Assembly (NCBI GenBank): GCA_963727775.1
Contig: CAVSHB010000001.1
Span: 192,001 to 256,000 of the forward strand
Direction: 5' to 3'
From: an uncultured Nitrospiraceae bacterium
GTDB lineage: Bacteria; Nitrospirota; Thermodesulfovibrionia; Thermodesulfovibrionales; SM23-35
DNA: 64,000 bases
The translations under genes and the position numbers were made by a program. Positions within the stretch are counted from its first letter, which is position 1; each line of letters begins with the position of its first letter. The notes beneath the pieces are model-generated. The model was not told the DNA's origin and ran no database searches. It saw only the letters and a list, made by a program, of their open reading frames with translations. Of the stretch, positions 33,401 to 43,658 are shown piece after piece.

Positions 33401-33622
33401 TTCCGGGAGGAAAAGGGTATGGTCTTTTTTCAGGATATCCCTGAAGAAATTTGTGTCCGCATACAGTTCCCTTGCGAGTTCTTCGGTCGATTCAACTGCC
33501 AGAAAAGGTCCATCACAGAGCGCGAGTAACAAAGCGGCCGCCGAACCGCCCAAGTTATAAATGCGTGGCCCGCTTAAGCCATTCTTGATTATGTTTTGTA
33601 TAGATGTGAAATCCATCGGCAT
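30491..33622 (-). CDS. mfd: Transcription-repair coupling factor
   Basis: CarD-like VHKDHGIGRF, GDVGYGKT, DEEHRFG, TATPIPRT, RDLEIRGAGNLLG. Confidence 0.97.
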   Translation of the reverse strand: MPMDFTSIQNIIKNGLSGPRIYNLGGSAAALLLALCDGPFLAVESTEELARELYADTNFFRDILKKDHTLFLPEPNGPSVSGERANLVNSLKGNESVVCSFKSLQSTVWPWEELAEKALNIRKGMVISRQEIEERLRGMGYTNVPLVSGKGEYSRRGWLLDVFPSTSETPARLEFFGDEIDIIKIFDVDTQRSTGEVSFVLMLPAADPASGTTPLGLMPWIKYFFSDSIHEKDGLPEEVVFFSRYSIQGPGYSAEALPLKGLGITPEERKDIGDLPVNIKPLIRENRIAIICSSGGQAERLKDILMEGGVVAPLIDKGELYEYEGAISITIGSLSAGLHMPGLLILTEKEIFGERPNYRPIKKSKISGLLTSLDDLRPGDFIVHKDHGIGRFYGLVQQNIEGIKEDLVQIEYEGGRLYLPLQSINKISKYHSEEGITPKVDRLGGKTWQKTKDRVIKKIQEMAEKLVGLYAERKIHKGFTFSPDTELHREFDSFFTYEATPDQLKAIVDIKRDMESDKPVDRLICGDVGYGKTEVAMRAAFKAVYDGMQVVVLVPTTILCEQHFRTFKSRFSAFPVHIDYISRFKPAKDRKKTIKALSDGDIDIIIGTHSLLGKDLHFHNLGLLIIDEEHRFGVGQKEKIKELKKGIDVITLTATPIPRTLHMALSDIREMSVIETPPEERLAVKSIVSLFDETLIKDAIKKELDRNGQVFFVHNRIKDIYKIADFIMKLVPSLRMAVAHGQMDGKELERVMLKFYEHETDMLVSTAIIGSGLDIPTANTIIINRADAMGLADLYQLRGRVGRGNAKAYAYFLVPGEDIITHEAKQRLQAIQDMSYLGAGFRLALRDLEIRGAGNLLGAEQSGHIHAVGFDLYIEMLEKAVAELKGIKIEEEFEPSITLKVNAFIPEEYIDDISLRLSLYRRIASSKTPETLKAIESEMDDRFGRLPDEVKNLTDIMSLKLTARGLLITKVQEANGKISVIFSPDTKVEPQDIFGLRDKIDGNLRFLPEGFEIDIKGMSWDKVYDKISCLFTCLSVSDTFKKV

Positions 33623-33832
33623 TGTAACAGCTTCAATAATATGGTAAATTATATATTCTGAATTGTGCTTTAGGGTGCGTTGTTTTTATCGGCCTCTTAA
33701 CTCGGCATCTGTTGATCTGAACGCAGGCTAAGTCCCGGCGGCTGCGGGAGGAATAAAATAAACTTTAGGATACATTATGTTTAATTATATCATAAACTTG
33801 CGAAGCTATTTTTCAAAGGGAAAGGTGACACC

Positions 33833-34708
33833 ATGAATAAAATATTGCGACTTGGTCTTCCGAAAGGAAGCCTGCAGGAATCCACATTAAAGCTTTTTAG
33901 AAAGGCTGGATACCGTATTAACATATCGAGCCGTTCTTATTATCCGTCTTTTGATGATACCGAGATAGAATCCATGTTAATCAGGGCCCAGGAGATGGCA
34001 GGATATGTCGAAGCAGGAATACTCGATTGCGGCCTTACAGGGAAAGACTGGATCATGGAGCAGAACGTATCGGTGCATGAGGTTGCAGAGCTTATTTATG
34101 CAAAAGAAGGGCTCAGGCCGGTAAAGTGGGTCATCGCGGTACCCAATGATTCTAAAATTAAAACAATTAAGGACCTTAACGGGAAACGTATTTCAACGGA
34201 GCTCGTCGGGTTTACAAAAAGATATCTGAAATCAAAAGGGGTAAAAGCAGAGGTGGATTTTTCATGGGGCGCCACGGAGGTAAAACCTCCTCATCTTGCC
34301 GACGCGATCGTTGAACTCACCGAAACAGGCACGTCTTTGCGGGCAAATAACCTCAGGGTCATCGATATTATTCTCCAGTCAAGCACGAGGTTTGTCGCGA
34401 ACAAAAAGGCCTGGAACGATAAATGGAAGCGGCAGAAGATGGAGAATATCGTGATGCTTCTCAAAGGAGCTCTTGCGGCTGAAGAGAAAGTAGGCCTTAA
34501 AATGAACGTTTCCACAAAGTCGCTTAAACGGGTAATGAGCCTGCTCTCTTCAATGCACTCTCCGACAATATCCGCGCTATCAGACGAGGGATGGTATGCC
34601 CTGGAGGTTATTATCAATGAGAAGCAGGTTCGGGACCTTATACCTAAACTCAAGATGGCAGGCGCTACGGGCCTTGTAGAATATCCGCTGAATAAGGTGA
34701 TACCTTAA
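33833..34708 (+). CDS. hisG: ATP phosphoribosyltransferase (long form)
   Basis: [25 protein letters not shown]-terminal regulatory domain. Confidence 0.96.
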   Translation: MNKILRLGLPKGSLQESTLKLFRKAGYRINISSRSYYPSFDDTEIESMLIRAQEMAGYVEAGILDCGLTGKDWIMEQNVSVHEVAELIYAKEGLRPVKWVIAVPNDSKIKTIKDLNGKRISTELVGFTKRYLKSKGVKAEVDFSWGATEVKPPHLADAIVELTETGTSLRANNLRVIDIILQSSTRFVANKKAWNDKWKRQKMENIVMLLKGALAAEEKVGLKMNVSTKSLKRVMSLLSSMHSPTISALSDEGWYALEVIINEKQVRDLIPKLKMAGATGLVEYPLNKVIP

Positions 34709-34751
34709 TACTTTTTTCAGCGGGTTTGACTCAGAACGGGCTTTGAATTAT

Positions 34752-34919
34752 TTACACCCTGTTGCAAGGACGGTGGGATATCTTCTCCCACATCTCATCG
34801 TTCATGTCATCCGCATATTCATCTATGGAAAAGATCTTACCGCACTCCGTGCAGTGTAAACTGACGCCCCTTCACCCAAAGGCGAGTCTGATCTTCCCCC
34901 CGCATTCTTTGCATTTCAT
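34752..34919 (-). CDS. Dual-CXXC small (seleno)protein, 55 aa, UGA read as Sec at codon 16
   Basis: MKCKECGGKIRLAFG[TGA]RGVSLHCTECGKIFSIDEYADDMNDEMWEKISHRPCNRV; SECIS-like hairpin follows the TGA. Confidence 0.8.
34837..34860 (-). promoter_or_regulatory. Putative bacterial SECIS element
   Basis: Stem ACUGCAC/GUGCGGU with GGA loop beginning 23 nt after the UGA. Confidence 0.65.
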
Positions 34920-35232
34920 TTCATTAGTATAAACGATAAGGACCCAAAAACCAATATCCTGAGACCCGCGCGGGACATCTTCACGGATAAAGATTTGCCG
35001 GAGATGAAAGTTACTGCCCGCAACATGACACGTCCTTCTGCATAAGGTGGCAAGATTTCAGACCACACGGACGCCGGAACTCAGATTTCTGCGCCTCAAT
35101 TACAAAGAGAAATATGCGTCGGAATAAGATGAATAGCTCGGAGGGATTATCTTCGAGGTCGGGTGCGGGTAACACCTCAACTATTGATTTTTGAGGTGAT
35201 AGGAAAATCACTGATTTACATTAGAAACAAAC

Positions 35233-35258
35233 ACACAAAAGGCAGTGCCTTTTGTGTT
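35233..35258. terminator. Perfect inverted repeat downstream of the TPR-glycosyltransferase gene
   Basis: ACACAAAAGGCA-G-TGCCTTTTGTGT. Confidence 0.5.
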
Positions 35259-35289
35259 ACTTTAGATAATTATAATGTGTAAAGGGTAG

Positions 35290-36855
35290 TTAGGCTTTGG
35301 ATGAGACTAATTTTTGAATTTCTTCTGAAACCTTTTCAATCACGGAATTCCAATCACCTGGAATAGGTTGCCGAAAAAGTCTAATTGTTGGATACCAAGG
35401 ACTGTCATCACGGTTTAACATCCACCGCCAGTCTGGTGCAAATGGAAGTAATGTCCACACAGGTTTACCAAGTGCTCCGGCTAAGTGGACAACAGAAGTG
35501 TCTACGGAAAGAACTAAATCAAGGTTCTCTATTAACGCAGCTGTATCTGAAAAATCACTGATTTCTTCTGTATAGTCAATAAGCTTCATGCCTCTTGGAG
35601 GATTCTCCGCCTGTTTTGCAGCCTCACCTTTTTGCAAACTGTAGAATGAAACATCCCTAAGTTCTGAGAGAGGAGAAAAAACATCAAGAGGACACGAACG
35701 ATTGCGGTCGTTCTTATGTTCTGGCTTTCCAGCCCAAACTAACCCTATTTTAATACATGAATTGTCATATTGAATTTTATCTTTCCATTTCTGCGCTAAT
35801 AGAGATTCGACCATTATATATGGAACTTTTGAGGGAATAGTTTCAAGTGTGGCATTGAATATTAAAGGAAGACTTAATAACGGACAGTATACATCGAATT
35901 CGGGCAATTCTTCTCCCTGCATAATGACCCGCTGTATCCCCTCAGCATTTTTTATCAAGGAGACTAATTCTCTTTGGCAGTCAACTATTACCTTTGCGCC
36001 TTTTTGTGCAATCAAGGGGGCATAACGAATAAATTGTATTGTATCTCCTAAGCCCTGTTCATATTGTAATAAAATAGTAAGTCCTTTAATTTCAGATCCA
36101 TTCCATAAGGGCTTAGGGAAATTACGACAGTATTGGATGAAATCTTTTGTTTTCCATCGCCACTCATACTCTTTCAAGCCCTCTTGAAAATTGCCATTAA
36201 GTAAAAAAGTCATGGACAACCCATAGTGAATCACGGCATGAGTTGGATTCAGCTGTAAAGCTTTCTGATAATGTTTTATAGCTTCATCAAGGTTCCCCTT
36301 ATTTTTAAAAACAATTGCAAGATTATTGTAAGGGCTTTCAAAGTTAGGGTTAAGCTGAAGGGCTTTTTGATAACATTTTATTGCCTCATCGTATTGTCCT
36401 TTTTCATTAAGGATAATTCCAATATTGTTACATGCATCAGCACAATTCGGATTAAGCTCCAGTACCCTTCTATAAAAAGTTACAGCTTCATCGAGTCTCC
36501 CCTCATCTTGGAGCGTTTCCCCAAGATTGAAATATGCCAGCGCAAAAAGGGGATCATATTTAATTACTTTTTTATAACAATGAATAGATTCTTCAATTTG
36601 GCCTTTTTCTTGATAAATCTTTCCCAAAATATAATATGCATTTGCATTGTTGGGGTAAAGTCGAAGTGATTTTTCGATATATCTTATTGCAAAATCATAA
36701 TTGCCTACTTGAGCATACAATACTCCGAGTTTATACAGGACATCAACATTGTTATGTTGTTTTTTTAATATTTTTTTGAAAATATATTCTGCCTCTTGTA
36801 GATCCCCCGACTGATGATATTGCAGGGCTAATTGTATTTGCTTATCGATATTCAT
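35290..36855 (-). CDS. TPR-containing glycosyltransferase (GT9-like C-terminus)
   Basis: Multiple TPRs, then EQGLGDTIQF, IGLVWAG, VDTSVVHLAGALG, DWRW. Confidence 0.92.
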   Translation of the reverse strand: MNIDKQIQLALQYHQSGDLQEAEYIFKKILKKQHNNVDVLYKLGVLYAQVGNYDFAIRYIEKSLRLYPNNANAYYILGKIYQEKGQIEESIHCYKKVIKYDPLFALAYFNLGETLQDEGRLDEAVTFYRRVLELNPNCADACNNIGIILNEKGQYDEAIKCYQKALQLNPNFESPYNNLAIVFKNKGNLDEAIKHYQKALQLNPTHAVIHYGLSMTFLLNGNFQEGLKEYEWRWKTKDFIQYCRNFPKPLWNGSEIKGLTILLQYEQGLGDTIQFIRYAPLIAQKGAKVIVDCQRELVSLIKNAEGIQRVIMQGEELPEFDVYCPLLSLPLIFNATLETIPSKVPYIMVESLLAQKWKDKIQYDNSCIKIGLVWAGKPEHKNDRNRSCPLDVFSPLSELRDVSFYSLQKGEAAKQAENPPRGMKLIDYTEEISDFSDTAALIENLDLVLSVDTSVVHLAGALGKPVWTLLPFAPDWRWMLNRDDSPWYPTIRLFRQPIPGDWNSVIEKVSEEIQKLVSSKA

Positions 36856-37741
36856 CGTTGCCCGTATATTTTTTTATCGAAATAAGCTTCTCGTTTATAA
36901 CATGTAAAACTTGTTCAATAGTAGGAATACATCTGAATTCACCATACTTAGAACAATTGCCACTTTGGCAACAATAAATCTTGCAATTGCCCTTCACATA
37001 AGAGACTTTATAATGAGGGTCCTCATTGCGGTAAATTGCCCTCTTGCTCCATTCTATAGACATATCTAAAACAATAATCTCAGTATCTGTAGCTCCACTC
37101 AAAACAGAAAGTCCATTTTGACAAGTAATAAAAAGATGGCTATTTCTAATTGTATAATATGTTTGATCCAAGCTTAGCTTGTTTGTCAAATCTATGCATC
37201 CTTGCAATCCAATAGACTTTTTCCACAGATTGTCGGCTTTAGTAAAAACATCTTTTCCTACAACAGCAACTGATAAGTTTTGGGCTATGATGAAATCCGC
37301 TACCTTTTGCCAGTTCTCTATAGGCCAGCTTCGACTTGGCCACGTAACAGATGTATTTATAACTACATCAAAATGTTCTGCGCTATCTTGCTCAATAGGG
37401 AAATACTCGATCTGCTTTTCCCTAAAACTTAGTTCTCCTATCCCAATTGGTATACTGATAAAATCAAAAGTGTCCATAAGGTAATGCGGGAGCTTCGAAG
37501 GGTCAAACAATTCAACTGTTTTTTTATACTTAGCTGTCTGACGGATATAATGAATATCACATGCCTTATAAATATATGGGCAATTTTTGAATCAATTTGG
37601 ATGGTGAGTAAAAATCACAGCTTTTAAATCCTTTTCTGTCATCAGACTTAATAACTTTCTTATAATAGGGATTGCAAACAGACAATCACCCATTCCTTCA
37701 CATTTTAAGATAACTGCAATTTGCTCAGAATAAATTCCCAT
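36842..37741 (-). pseudogene. Glycosyltransferase family 9 with in-frame TGA at codon 50
   Basis: ATG at 37741 reads ...EGMGDCLFAIP...FTHHPN[TGA]FKNCPYI..., in frame with ORF 36842-37510. Confidence 0.75.
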
Positions 37742-37863
37742 CTACCGCCGCGCTCTAAAATATATGTAGCATTTGCCACATTGGTTATCAATAGAAATAT
37801 ACACTATTTTAACAATTCCGATATGTGAGGTGTAGGAGGAAGAACTCTTTGCCTCTGATCATT

Positions 37864-38196
37864 TCATATCCCTTCAATTAGTTTGTAATACTCCTTGAGA
37901 GTGCGGATGGATTGCATCGTGGTTTGTAATAAGATACAACTGAGAACAAGGATTCCTATTGTGAGTCCGATCTTCCATGCCCGCGTCGTTTGTGGACGCA
38001 ACCAAATCAGGGGCAACGCCAGAGGCCCCACACAACAGACTGCGATGATAATAAAGGATTTTCGGAAATACCATTGAATCTTTTCCTCTGTAAAGCGTGG
38101 GGGGTTGGAGGCATACAGAAACTCACCGCAGTGTTTACACTTTATCGCGTCGTCTTGAATTTCTTCAGCGCGGAATGGACACTTTTTCATTATCAT
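37864..38196 (-). CDS. Zinc-ribbon membrane protein
   Basis: KKCPFRAEEIQDDAIKCKHCGE (second Cys replaced by Arg) plus two TM segments. Confidence 0.7.
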   Translation of the reverse strand: MIMKKCPFRAEEIQDDAIKCKHCGEFLYASNPPRFTEEKIQWYFRKSFIIIAVCCVGPLALPLIWLRPQTTRAWKIGLTIGILVLSCILLQTTMQSIRTLKEYYKLIEGI

Positions 38197-38637
38197 CTCT
38201 CTTGGTAGAACAACGATTATACCGACACCTTATTTTTTTGGTTTTATGGCCGAAACCAGAGTACATCTTTCACTTGGACGGGACATCATCGCTGATTATC
38301 TACCCGTTATTTTTCTTATAAGAATATTACGCCTCCGATGATGAAGGCAAAGCAAACGGAATGAGCATACACCCTGGTGTAGGTTTGTAGATATATCTTC
38401 CACGACCGGCGTAATAACCCGTAAATGAGCCGATTTCGTTCCTAAAGACGAGCATGATTATTCCAAGGACAATGATCAACAGATTCGACAAAAATGGAAT
38501 TACGCGGCATTGTTGTCATCATAAGAGTAACCTGCGAATGATTATACTATAAAGCTGCATAAAGGTGAAGGCAGGCAAGCACATTTGCACACCTTAAAGA
38601 TTATAGTGGTCGCAATGACATATGTTATTATCTTTAT

Positions 38638-39240
38638 ATGCAATCTCCTGGTGAAGAAAAGGCGTGGGAAGTGCTTGGAGGCCTCCATTATCAGGATGTA
38701 TGCAAAAATGCCGCAGCGGCATATGACGGCTCTCGCATATCCTATCTTATAAGATCATTCTGCTGGGAATTTTCCGTAAGCCCTGAAGAAAAAGATATAA
38801 AGAGCTCTGTCGAACAAGGTAAAATCCTCATCGAAAGATACGGTTATTTCTTTCGACACTCTTGTCTCTGGTATCTGATTTACGCAAAAGACATCCCTCT
38901 CACTGGAAAACTCGTTAAGCCCTCTGATATAAAAGGCGGAGAAATGTTCTTCAGGGGCAGCCATGTCCTGCCTTTAAGCAATATCGCAAATAAATACGGG
39001 AATGATACAAATGCCTTTTTAAATAGAGGGGCAATGCTTTGCGCGGAGCCGCTTGATTACGGGGATGCTTCATTAAGGCTTTGGCCGATGCCGAGGATCC
39101 CGGTGATAATAATTCTCCGGCTTGGTGATGAAGAGTTCCCCCCGAGGGTTGACCTTCTCCTGGATTCTACATGCGAGCTGCACCTCCCGCTCGATATCAT
39201 CTGGTCGATAGCCATGATGAGCGCGCTGGTGATGTTGTGA
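38638..39240 (+). CDS. DUF3786-like protein
   Basis: GGEMFFRGSH..P, GDAS...PRIP...GDEEFP...LLLD. Confidence 0.75.
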   Translation: MQSPGEEKAWEVLGGLHYQDVCKNAAAAYDGSRISYLIRSFCWEFSVSPEEKDIKSSVEQGKILIERYGYFFRHSCLWYLIYAKDIPLTGKLVKPSDIKGGEMFFRGSHVLPLSNIANKYGNDTNAFLNRGAMLCAEPLDYGDASLRLWPMPRIPVIIILRLGDEEFPPRVDLLLDSTCELHLPLDIIWSIAMMSALVML

Positions 39241-40868
39241 GCCTGAAGCTCAAAGAAAAGACAGGCTTCCTTTTGTCAAAAGAAAAAGGCACGGTCTATA
39301 AAGATCCCGGCGGAAAGATCAACGTTGTCCTTGTGTATCCGAACACATACCATGTCGGGATGTCCAACCTCGGATTCCAGGGGATATATGGTCTTTTGAA
39401 CAGCATGAGAGATGTTGTATGCGAGAGGGCGTTCCTTCCCGAGGACAAAGACATGGATGAGTATGTCAGAACGGATACCAAGCTTTTTGCCATGGAATCA
39501 CAGAGACCTTTGAACCGTTTTGATATTGTTGCTTTTTCAGTCTCTTTCGAAAATGATTATCCAAACATTGCAAGTATTCTTACTCTCGCAAAGCTGCCGC
39601 TGAAAAGTGCGGGAAGGAATTCCAGGCATCCCTTGATTATCATGGGGGGCCCGTGCGCTTTTTTTAATCCTGAGCCGGTTGCCGATTTTTTCGATATCTG
39701 TTTTATCGGCGAGGCGGACGAGATGCTGCCTGAATTTTTCGACGTATACAGGACTGCCGCGGACAGAAAAGAGGTCCTCAAAAGATCTTTGACTATAGAG
39801 GGCTTGTATGTCCCGATATTTTATAGCGTGTCTTATGATGCGGGCGGAAAAATCGTAGGCAGACATCAATCGGAGGATGTCCCTGAGATTATAAAAAGGC
39901 GCTGTTTGAAAGATATAACGAAGTCAAAGATCATGACGTCCGTCATCACATCAGAGACGGAATTCTCCGATATGTATCTGATAGAGGCCATGAGGGGATG
40001 CCCGTGGAATTGCAGGTTCTGTGTTGCCGGAAAGATATATAATCCTCCGAGGAAAAAAGGATTAAAGGCAATTGAAGATGAGATCCGGGCAGCGCTGAAG
40101 ACGACGAAGAGAGTAGGGCTGATCGGACCTTCTTTATCGGACTACCCGCACATAAAAGATGTGCTGAAAATACCCGGAGTTGATTTTTCGATCACCTCTC
40201 TGAGGGCAAGCCAAAAGAGCGCTGAACTGGTGAGTTTGATAAAGGGGCACAAGAGCGTATCGATTGCGCCCGAGGCCGGGACTGAAAGGCTTAGAACGGT
40301 CATCAATAAAAAAATTACCGAGGAAGACATCCTCCATACTTCGGAAATGCTCTTATCCGAAGGGATCGAGACCCTGAGGCTTTACTTTATGGTCGGCCTG
40401 CCGACAGAAACAAGGGATGACATCGAGGGAATAATTCATCTGACAAAAAAGATAAGGGACATTTCGAAAAAAGGACATATTACCCTCAGTGTCAGCACCT
40501 TTGTACCGAAACCGTTTACACCTTTTCAGTGGCATCCGATGTCCCCTCCTTTTGAGGTCAAGGAAAGATTGAAAATAATCAAGAAAGGACTTCTCCCGTT
40601 CAAGGGGATTAAGGTCTTTCATGATGTCCCGAAGTATGCGTATATGCAGGGGTTATTTGCCTTGGGGGGCAGGAGCATATCAGCGGTGATCGCGGAGATG
40701 CTCAGATCCGGTGATTGGATAAAGGCAGCGGAGACTGTGGGCATCGATAAGGATTTCTATATCTTCAGGGAAAAAATAAGGGATGAAATCTTGCCGTGGG
40801 ATTTTATTGATACGGGAACGGAAAAAGAAAAGTTGTGGACAGAATACCGGGAAGCCCTCGGCTGCTGA
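39237..40868 (+). CDS. Radical SAM protein with B12-binding-like N-terminus
   Basis: YPNTYHVGMSNLG; RGCPWNCRFC; APEAGTERLR; FVPKPFTPFQW. GTG start overlaps the upstream stop. Confidence 0.9.
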   Translation: MSLKLKEKTGFLLSKEKGTVYKDPGGKINVVLVYPNTYHVGMSNLGFQGIYGLLNSMRDVVCERAFLPEDKDMDEYVRTDTKLFAMESQRPLNRFDIVAFSVSFENDYPNIASILTLAKLPLKSAGRNSRHPLIIMGGPCAFFNPEPVADFFDICFIGEADEMLPEFFDVYRTAADRKEVLKRSLTIEGLYVPIFYSVSYDAGGKIVGRHQSEDVPEIIKRRCLKDITKSKIMTSVITSETEFSDMYLIEAMRGCPWNCRFCVAGKIYNPPRKKGLKAIEDEIRAALKTTKRVGLIGPSLSDYPHIKDVLKIPGVDFSITSLRASQKSAELVSLIKGHKSVSIAPEAGTERLRTVINKKITEEDILHTSEMLLSEGIETLRLYFMVGLPTETRDDIEGIIHLTKKIRDISKKGHITLSVSTFVPKPFTPFQWHPMSPPFEVKERLKIIKKGLLPFKGIKVFHDVPKYAYMQGLFALGGRSISAVIAEMLRSGDWIKAAETVGIDKDFYIFREKIRDEILPWDFIDTGTEKEKLWTEYREALGC

Positions 40869-40907
40869 TATTTGACATATGGTCTGTAACGTGATAAGTT
40901 TTAATCG

Positions 40908-41258
40908 ATGAACAGAAATTTATGTATCTCAATTATTGCAGTACTCTTAATTTCCACCATCCTTACGGCTCCTTTATCTGCAGCTGCAGCAGACCCTTGC
41001 GCGGCAGAAGGTATTGTCGTGAAGAATTTGACGATGCTTGATCTTTGGTACAGGAAAGACAATGGAGATTGTGTCATGTGGAGACGCAATTATATCTTTA
41101 GGATAACGCCTGAAGATATAATAATAATATTTTCCGATCTCACCTGCGAGACACTGTATTGCAGGCGTAACCCGACCTACGGAGATTATAAGTTTATCGA
41201 CGGGGATGGAAATTGCGCCGTCAGGATTCTCCCGGATTGTAACCTTTCGGACATGTAA
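40908..41258 (+). CDS. Small secreted Cys-rich hypothetical protein
   Basis: Signal peptide ending in an Ala run; six Cys in the mature part. Confidence 0.65.
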   Translation: MNRNLCISIIAVLLISTILTAPLSAAAADPCAAEGIVVKNLTMLDLWYRKDNGDCVMWRRNYIFRITPEDIIIIFSDLTCETLYCRRNPTYGDYKFIDGDGNCAVRILPDCNLSDM

Positions 41259-41329
41259 TTTGGTTATTATGGAGTTGCCTTCCCCGTGAATAGAACTTCC
41301 TTAATCCTAACCTGCAGTATTCATATAAT

Positions 41330-41442
41330 TGCCGACAGATACAGTATTTGAGCAGTTTTAAATTCTTTCGAAGAAAGAATTTACCTCGGAGGCCCGATTT
41401 GTAACGGGCCGAGAATGAGCGCAAATACTGTATCTGTCGGCA
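41330..41442. repeat. Palindromic element: 21-bp perfect inverted repeat enclosing two hairpins
   Basis: TGCCGACAGATACAGTATTTG...CAAATACTGTATCTGTCGGCA. Confidence 0.85.
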
Positions 41443-41576
41443 TCCACAAATTCCATGAATTAAGTGGGCTAAGATAGTTCAATCGGCGTTATGCTAAAAT
41501 AGCATTCAAATAGAAAATACTTTTCTCTGATAACTATCAATAACAAACAGGAATCTTTTTTTCGATTTGCAATTGC

Positions 41577-42284
41577 ATGATTGACAATGTGCTTTTAGAG
41601 AATATAAAAAATATATACAGAAAAATTTCGTCCGCTGCTCTTAGATCAGGCAGAGACCCTTTTGATGTGAAACTCGTTACTGTTACAAAGACGGTTGATA
41701 TCGAGAGGATAAAAGCTGCGATAGATTTAGGGTTGAGGACATTCGGGGAAAACAAGGTCCAGGAAGCTCAAAAAAAAATTGCCGAATGTAAATCTAAGTG
41801 CGCGGACTGCGGGATTGAATGGCATATGATAGGCCATCTCCAGAAAAATAAGGCAAAGACCGCGGTACAGCTTTTTGACCTGATCCATTCTCTCGATTCT
41901 GTCGGACTGGCTGAAGAGATCAATAAATATGCGGAGAAGGCGGGGAAAATCACGAGGGGTTTAATAGAGGTCAAACTCTCAGGAGAGGAGAGCAAGCACG
42001 GCATTTCGAGAGAAGATGTCATGCAATTAATAGAAGCTGTATCACGGATGAAGAACCTGAGACTCGAAGGCCTGATGACCATGCCGCCGTTCTTTGAGGA
42101 CCCTGAGATGGCAAGACCTTTTTTCAGGGAGCTGAGAGAAGTAAGGGACAAAGCAGAGAGGTCGGGCTATAAACTGCCGGAGCTTTCTATGGGCATGACA
42201 AATGACTTCGAGGTTGCAATCCTGGAAGGCGCGACAATAGTAAGGATCGGTACGGGGATATTCGGGGAAAGAATCAGGAAATAA
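41577..42284 (+). CDS. yggS: Pyridoxal phosphate homeostasis protein
   Basis: VTKT, FGENKVQE, WHMIGHLQKNK, LSMGMTND, VRIGTGIFG. Confidence 0.96.
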   Translation: MIDNVLLENIKNIYRKISSAALRSGRDPFDVKLVTVTKTVDIERIKAAIDLGLRTFGENKVQEAQKKIAECKSKCADCGIEWHMIGHLQKNKAKTAVQLFDLIHSLDSVGLAEEINKYAEKAGKITRGLIEVKLSGEESKHGISREDVMQLIEAVSRMKNLRLEGLMTMPPFFEDPEMARPFFRELREVRDKAERSGYKLPELSMGMTNDFEVAILEGATIVRIGTGIFGERIRK

Positions 42285-42557
42285 GACAAAAGAATAAGTT
42301 ATTATTTGAGACATATATTATTAAAACCGAAAAATGCAGGTACTGTTCAAAAAATTATTTAACTCGATGAATGTATTGAGAATATCTTTATGCTGGTAAT
42401 CACAAAAATATTTCAGTGGCCAGCCGTTAAATGTACAATAAGGTATCGAAAAACAATTTTTTTCACAACACCAGCATTTTTCTAATTGCAGTTTTTGGGT
42501 TAACCCGGTTACATATATTAAGCTAACAGAAATGTTTTCTTGACTACAGGAGGAGAG

Positions 42558-43346
42558 ATGATAGGTTTTATCGGCGGCGGGAATATGGCGGAGGCTCTGA
42601 TAAAAGGTATACTGCAGAGCGGGGTAAAAGATATAACAGTGTCCGAGCCAAGGGAAGAAAGGCGCATATACCTTGAAAAGGCTTATGGCGTGAAGGCCAC
42701 CCCTGACAATAAGGAAGTTGTAAGAAACAGCAATATTATAATCCTGGCTGTAAAGCCCCAGAATATGGATGAAGTGACTGCCGGTATCGCTGATTCAGTC
42801 ACCGCCGATAAGATAATAGTGTCTATTGCTGCCGGTGTAACATTAGCATATCTTTCATCGCGGCTAAAGACTTCTAAGATAATCCGTGTAATGCCGAACA
42901 CCCCGGCACTCGTTCAGGAGGGCATGTCCGTACTGTCAATGTGTGAATGCATTCAGGACAAAGAAATGAGTTTGGTGCGGGGTATTTTTATGTCCGCCGG
43001 AAAGATTCTCGTACTCCCTGAAAAATATATGGATGCAGTGACCGCTGTTTCGGGGAGCGGGCCTGCTTTCATCGCCTTATTTGTCGAAAAAATGACGGAT
43101 GCGGGTGTTATGGCCGGGCTCAGCAGAGATAATGCCTCTGAGCTTGCAATCCAGACATTGATAGGCACTGCAAAATTGTTGGAGACGGGCATGCCGCCCG
43201 ATAAACTCAGGGAAATGGTCACTTCACCCGGCGGAACGACTGCGGCAGGGCTTAAAGTTTTTGAAGAAAAAGGTCTGAAAAATATAGTTTCTGCCGCGAT
43301 TGAAGCCGCAACAAACAGGTCGAAGGAATTGGGGAGAAAAGAATAA
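42558..43346 (+). CDS. proC: Pyrroline-5-carboxylate reductase
   Basis: GFIGGGNM, RVMPNTP, SGSGPA, VTSPGGTT. Confidence 0.96.
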   Translation: MIGFIGGGNMAEALIKGILQSGVKDITVSEPREERRIYLEKAYGVKATPDNKEVVRNSNIIILAVKPQNMDEVTAGIADSVTADKIIVSIAAGVTLAYLSSRLKTSKIIRVMPNTPALVQEGMSVLSMCECIQDKEMSLVRGIFMSAGKILVLPEKYMDAVTAVSGSGPAFIALFVEKMTDAGVMAGLSRDNASELAIQTLIGTAKLLETGMPPDKLREMVTSPGGTTAAGLKVFEEKGLKNIVSAAIEAATNRSKELGRKE

Positions 43347-43658
43347 ATGTTTATCTTCGCGAATTTATTGCTTGCCTCAGCCAGGATTCTCGATGTGTTG
43401 CTTTCTGCTTATATGTGGGTAGTAATAATCTCGGCCTTAATAAGCTGGGTGAATCCCGATCCTTATAACCCGATAGTCAGGTTCCTTTATTCTGTTACTG
43501 AACCGGTATTTAGGCGGATCAGGCGGATTATAGGTTTCCGGCTGGGCGTTATCGACATATCACCCATGGTTGCAATACTCGCGATAATGTTTGTAAAGTA
43601 TTTTTTGATACAGTCATTAATAGAGCTTGCCTATAAATTGAAAGGAGGCATTTTATGA
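43347..43658 (+). CDS. yggT: YggT membrane protein
   Basis: SWVNPDPYNPIV..L...TEP; IDISP. Confidence 0.93.
   Translation: MFIFANLLLASARILDVLLSAYMWVVIISALISWVNPDPYNPIVRFLYSVTEPVFRRIRRIIGFRLGVIDISPMVAILAIMFVKYFLIQSLIELAYKLKGGIL

Noticed and set aside
32712..33560. Long antisense ORFs in mfd, mvhA, hdrA and the MCP gene
   Set aside because: They mirror the coding strand and show no independent motifs or RBS.
33640..33830. his attenuator or riboswitch upstream of hisG
   Set aside because: No His-codon leader peptide or recognisable aptamer consensus.
37592..37594. In-frame TGA in GT9 as selenocysteine
   Set aside because: It falls where a Leu-like residue is expected, not a Cys, and there is no SECIS-like hairpin. 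A plain nonsense mutation is more likely.
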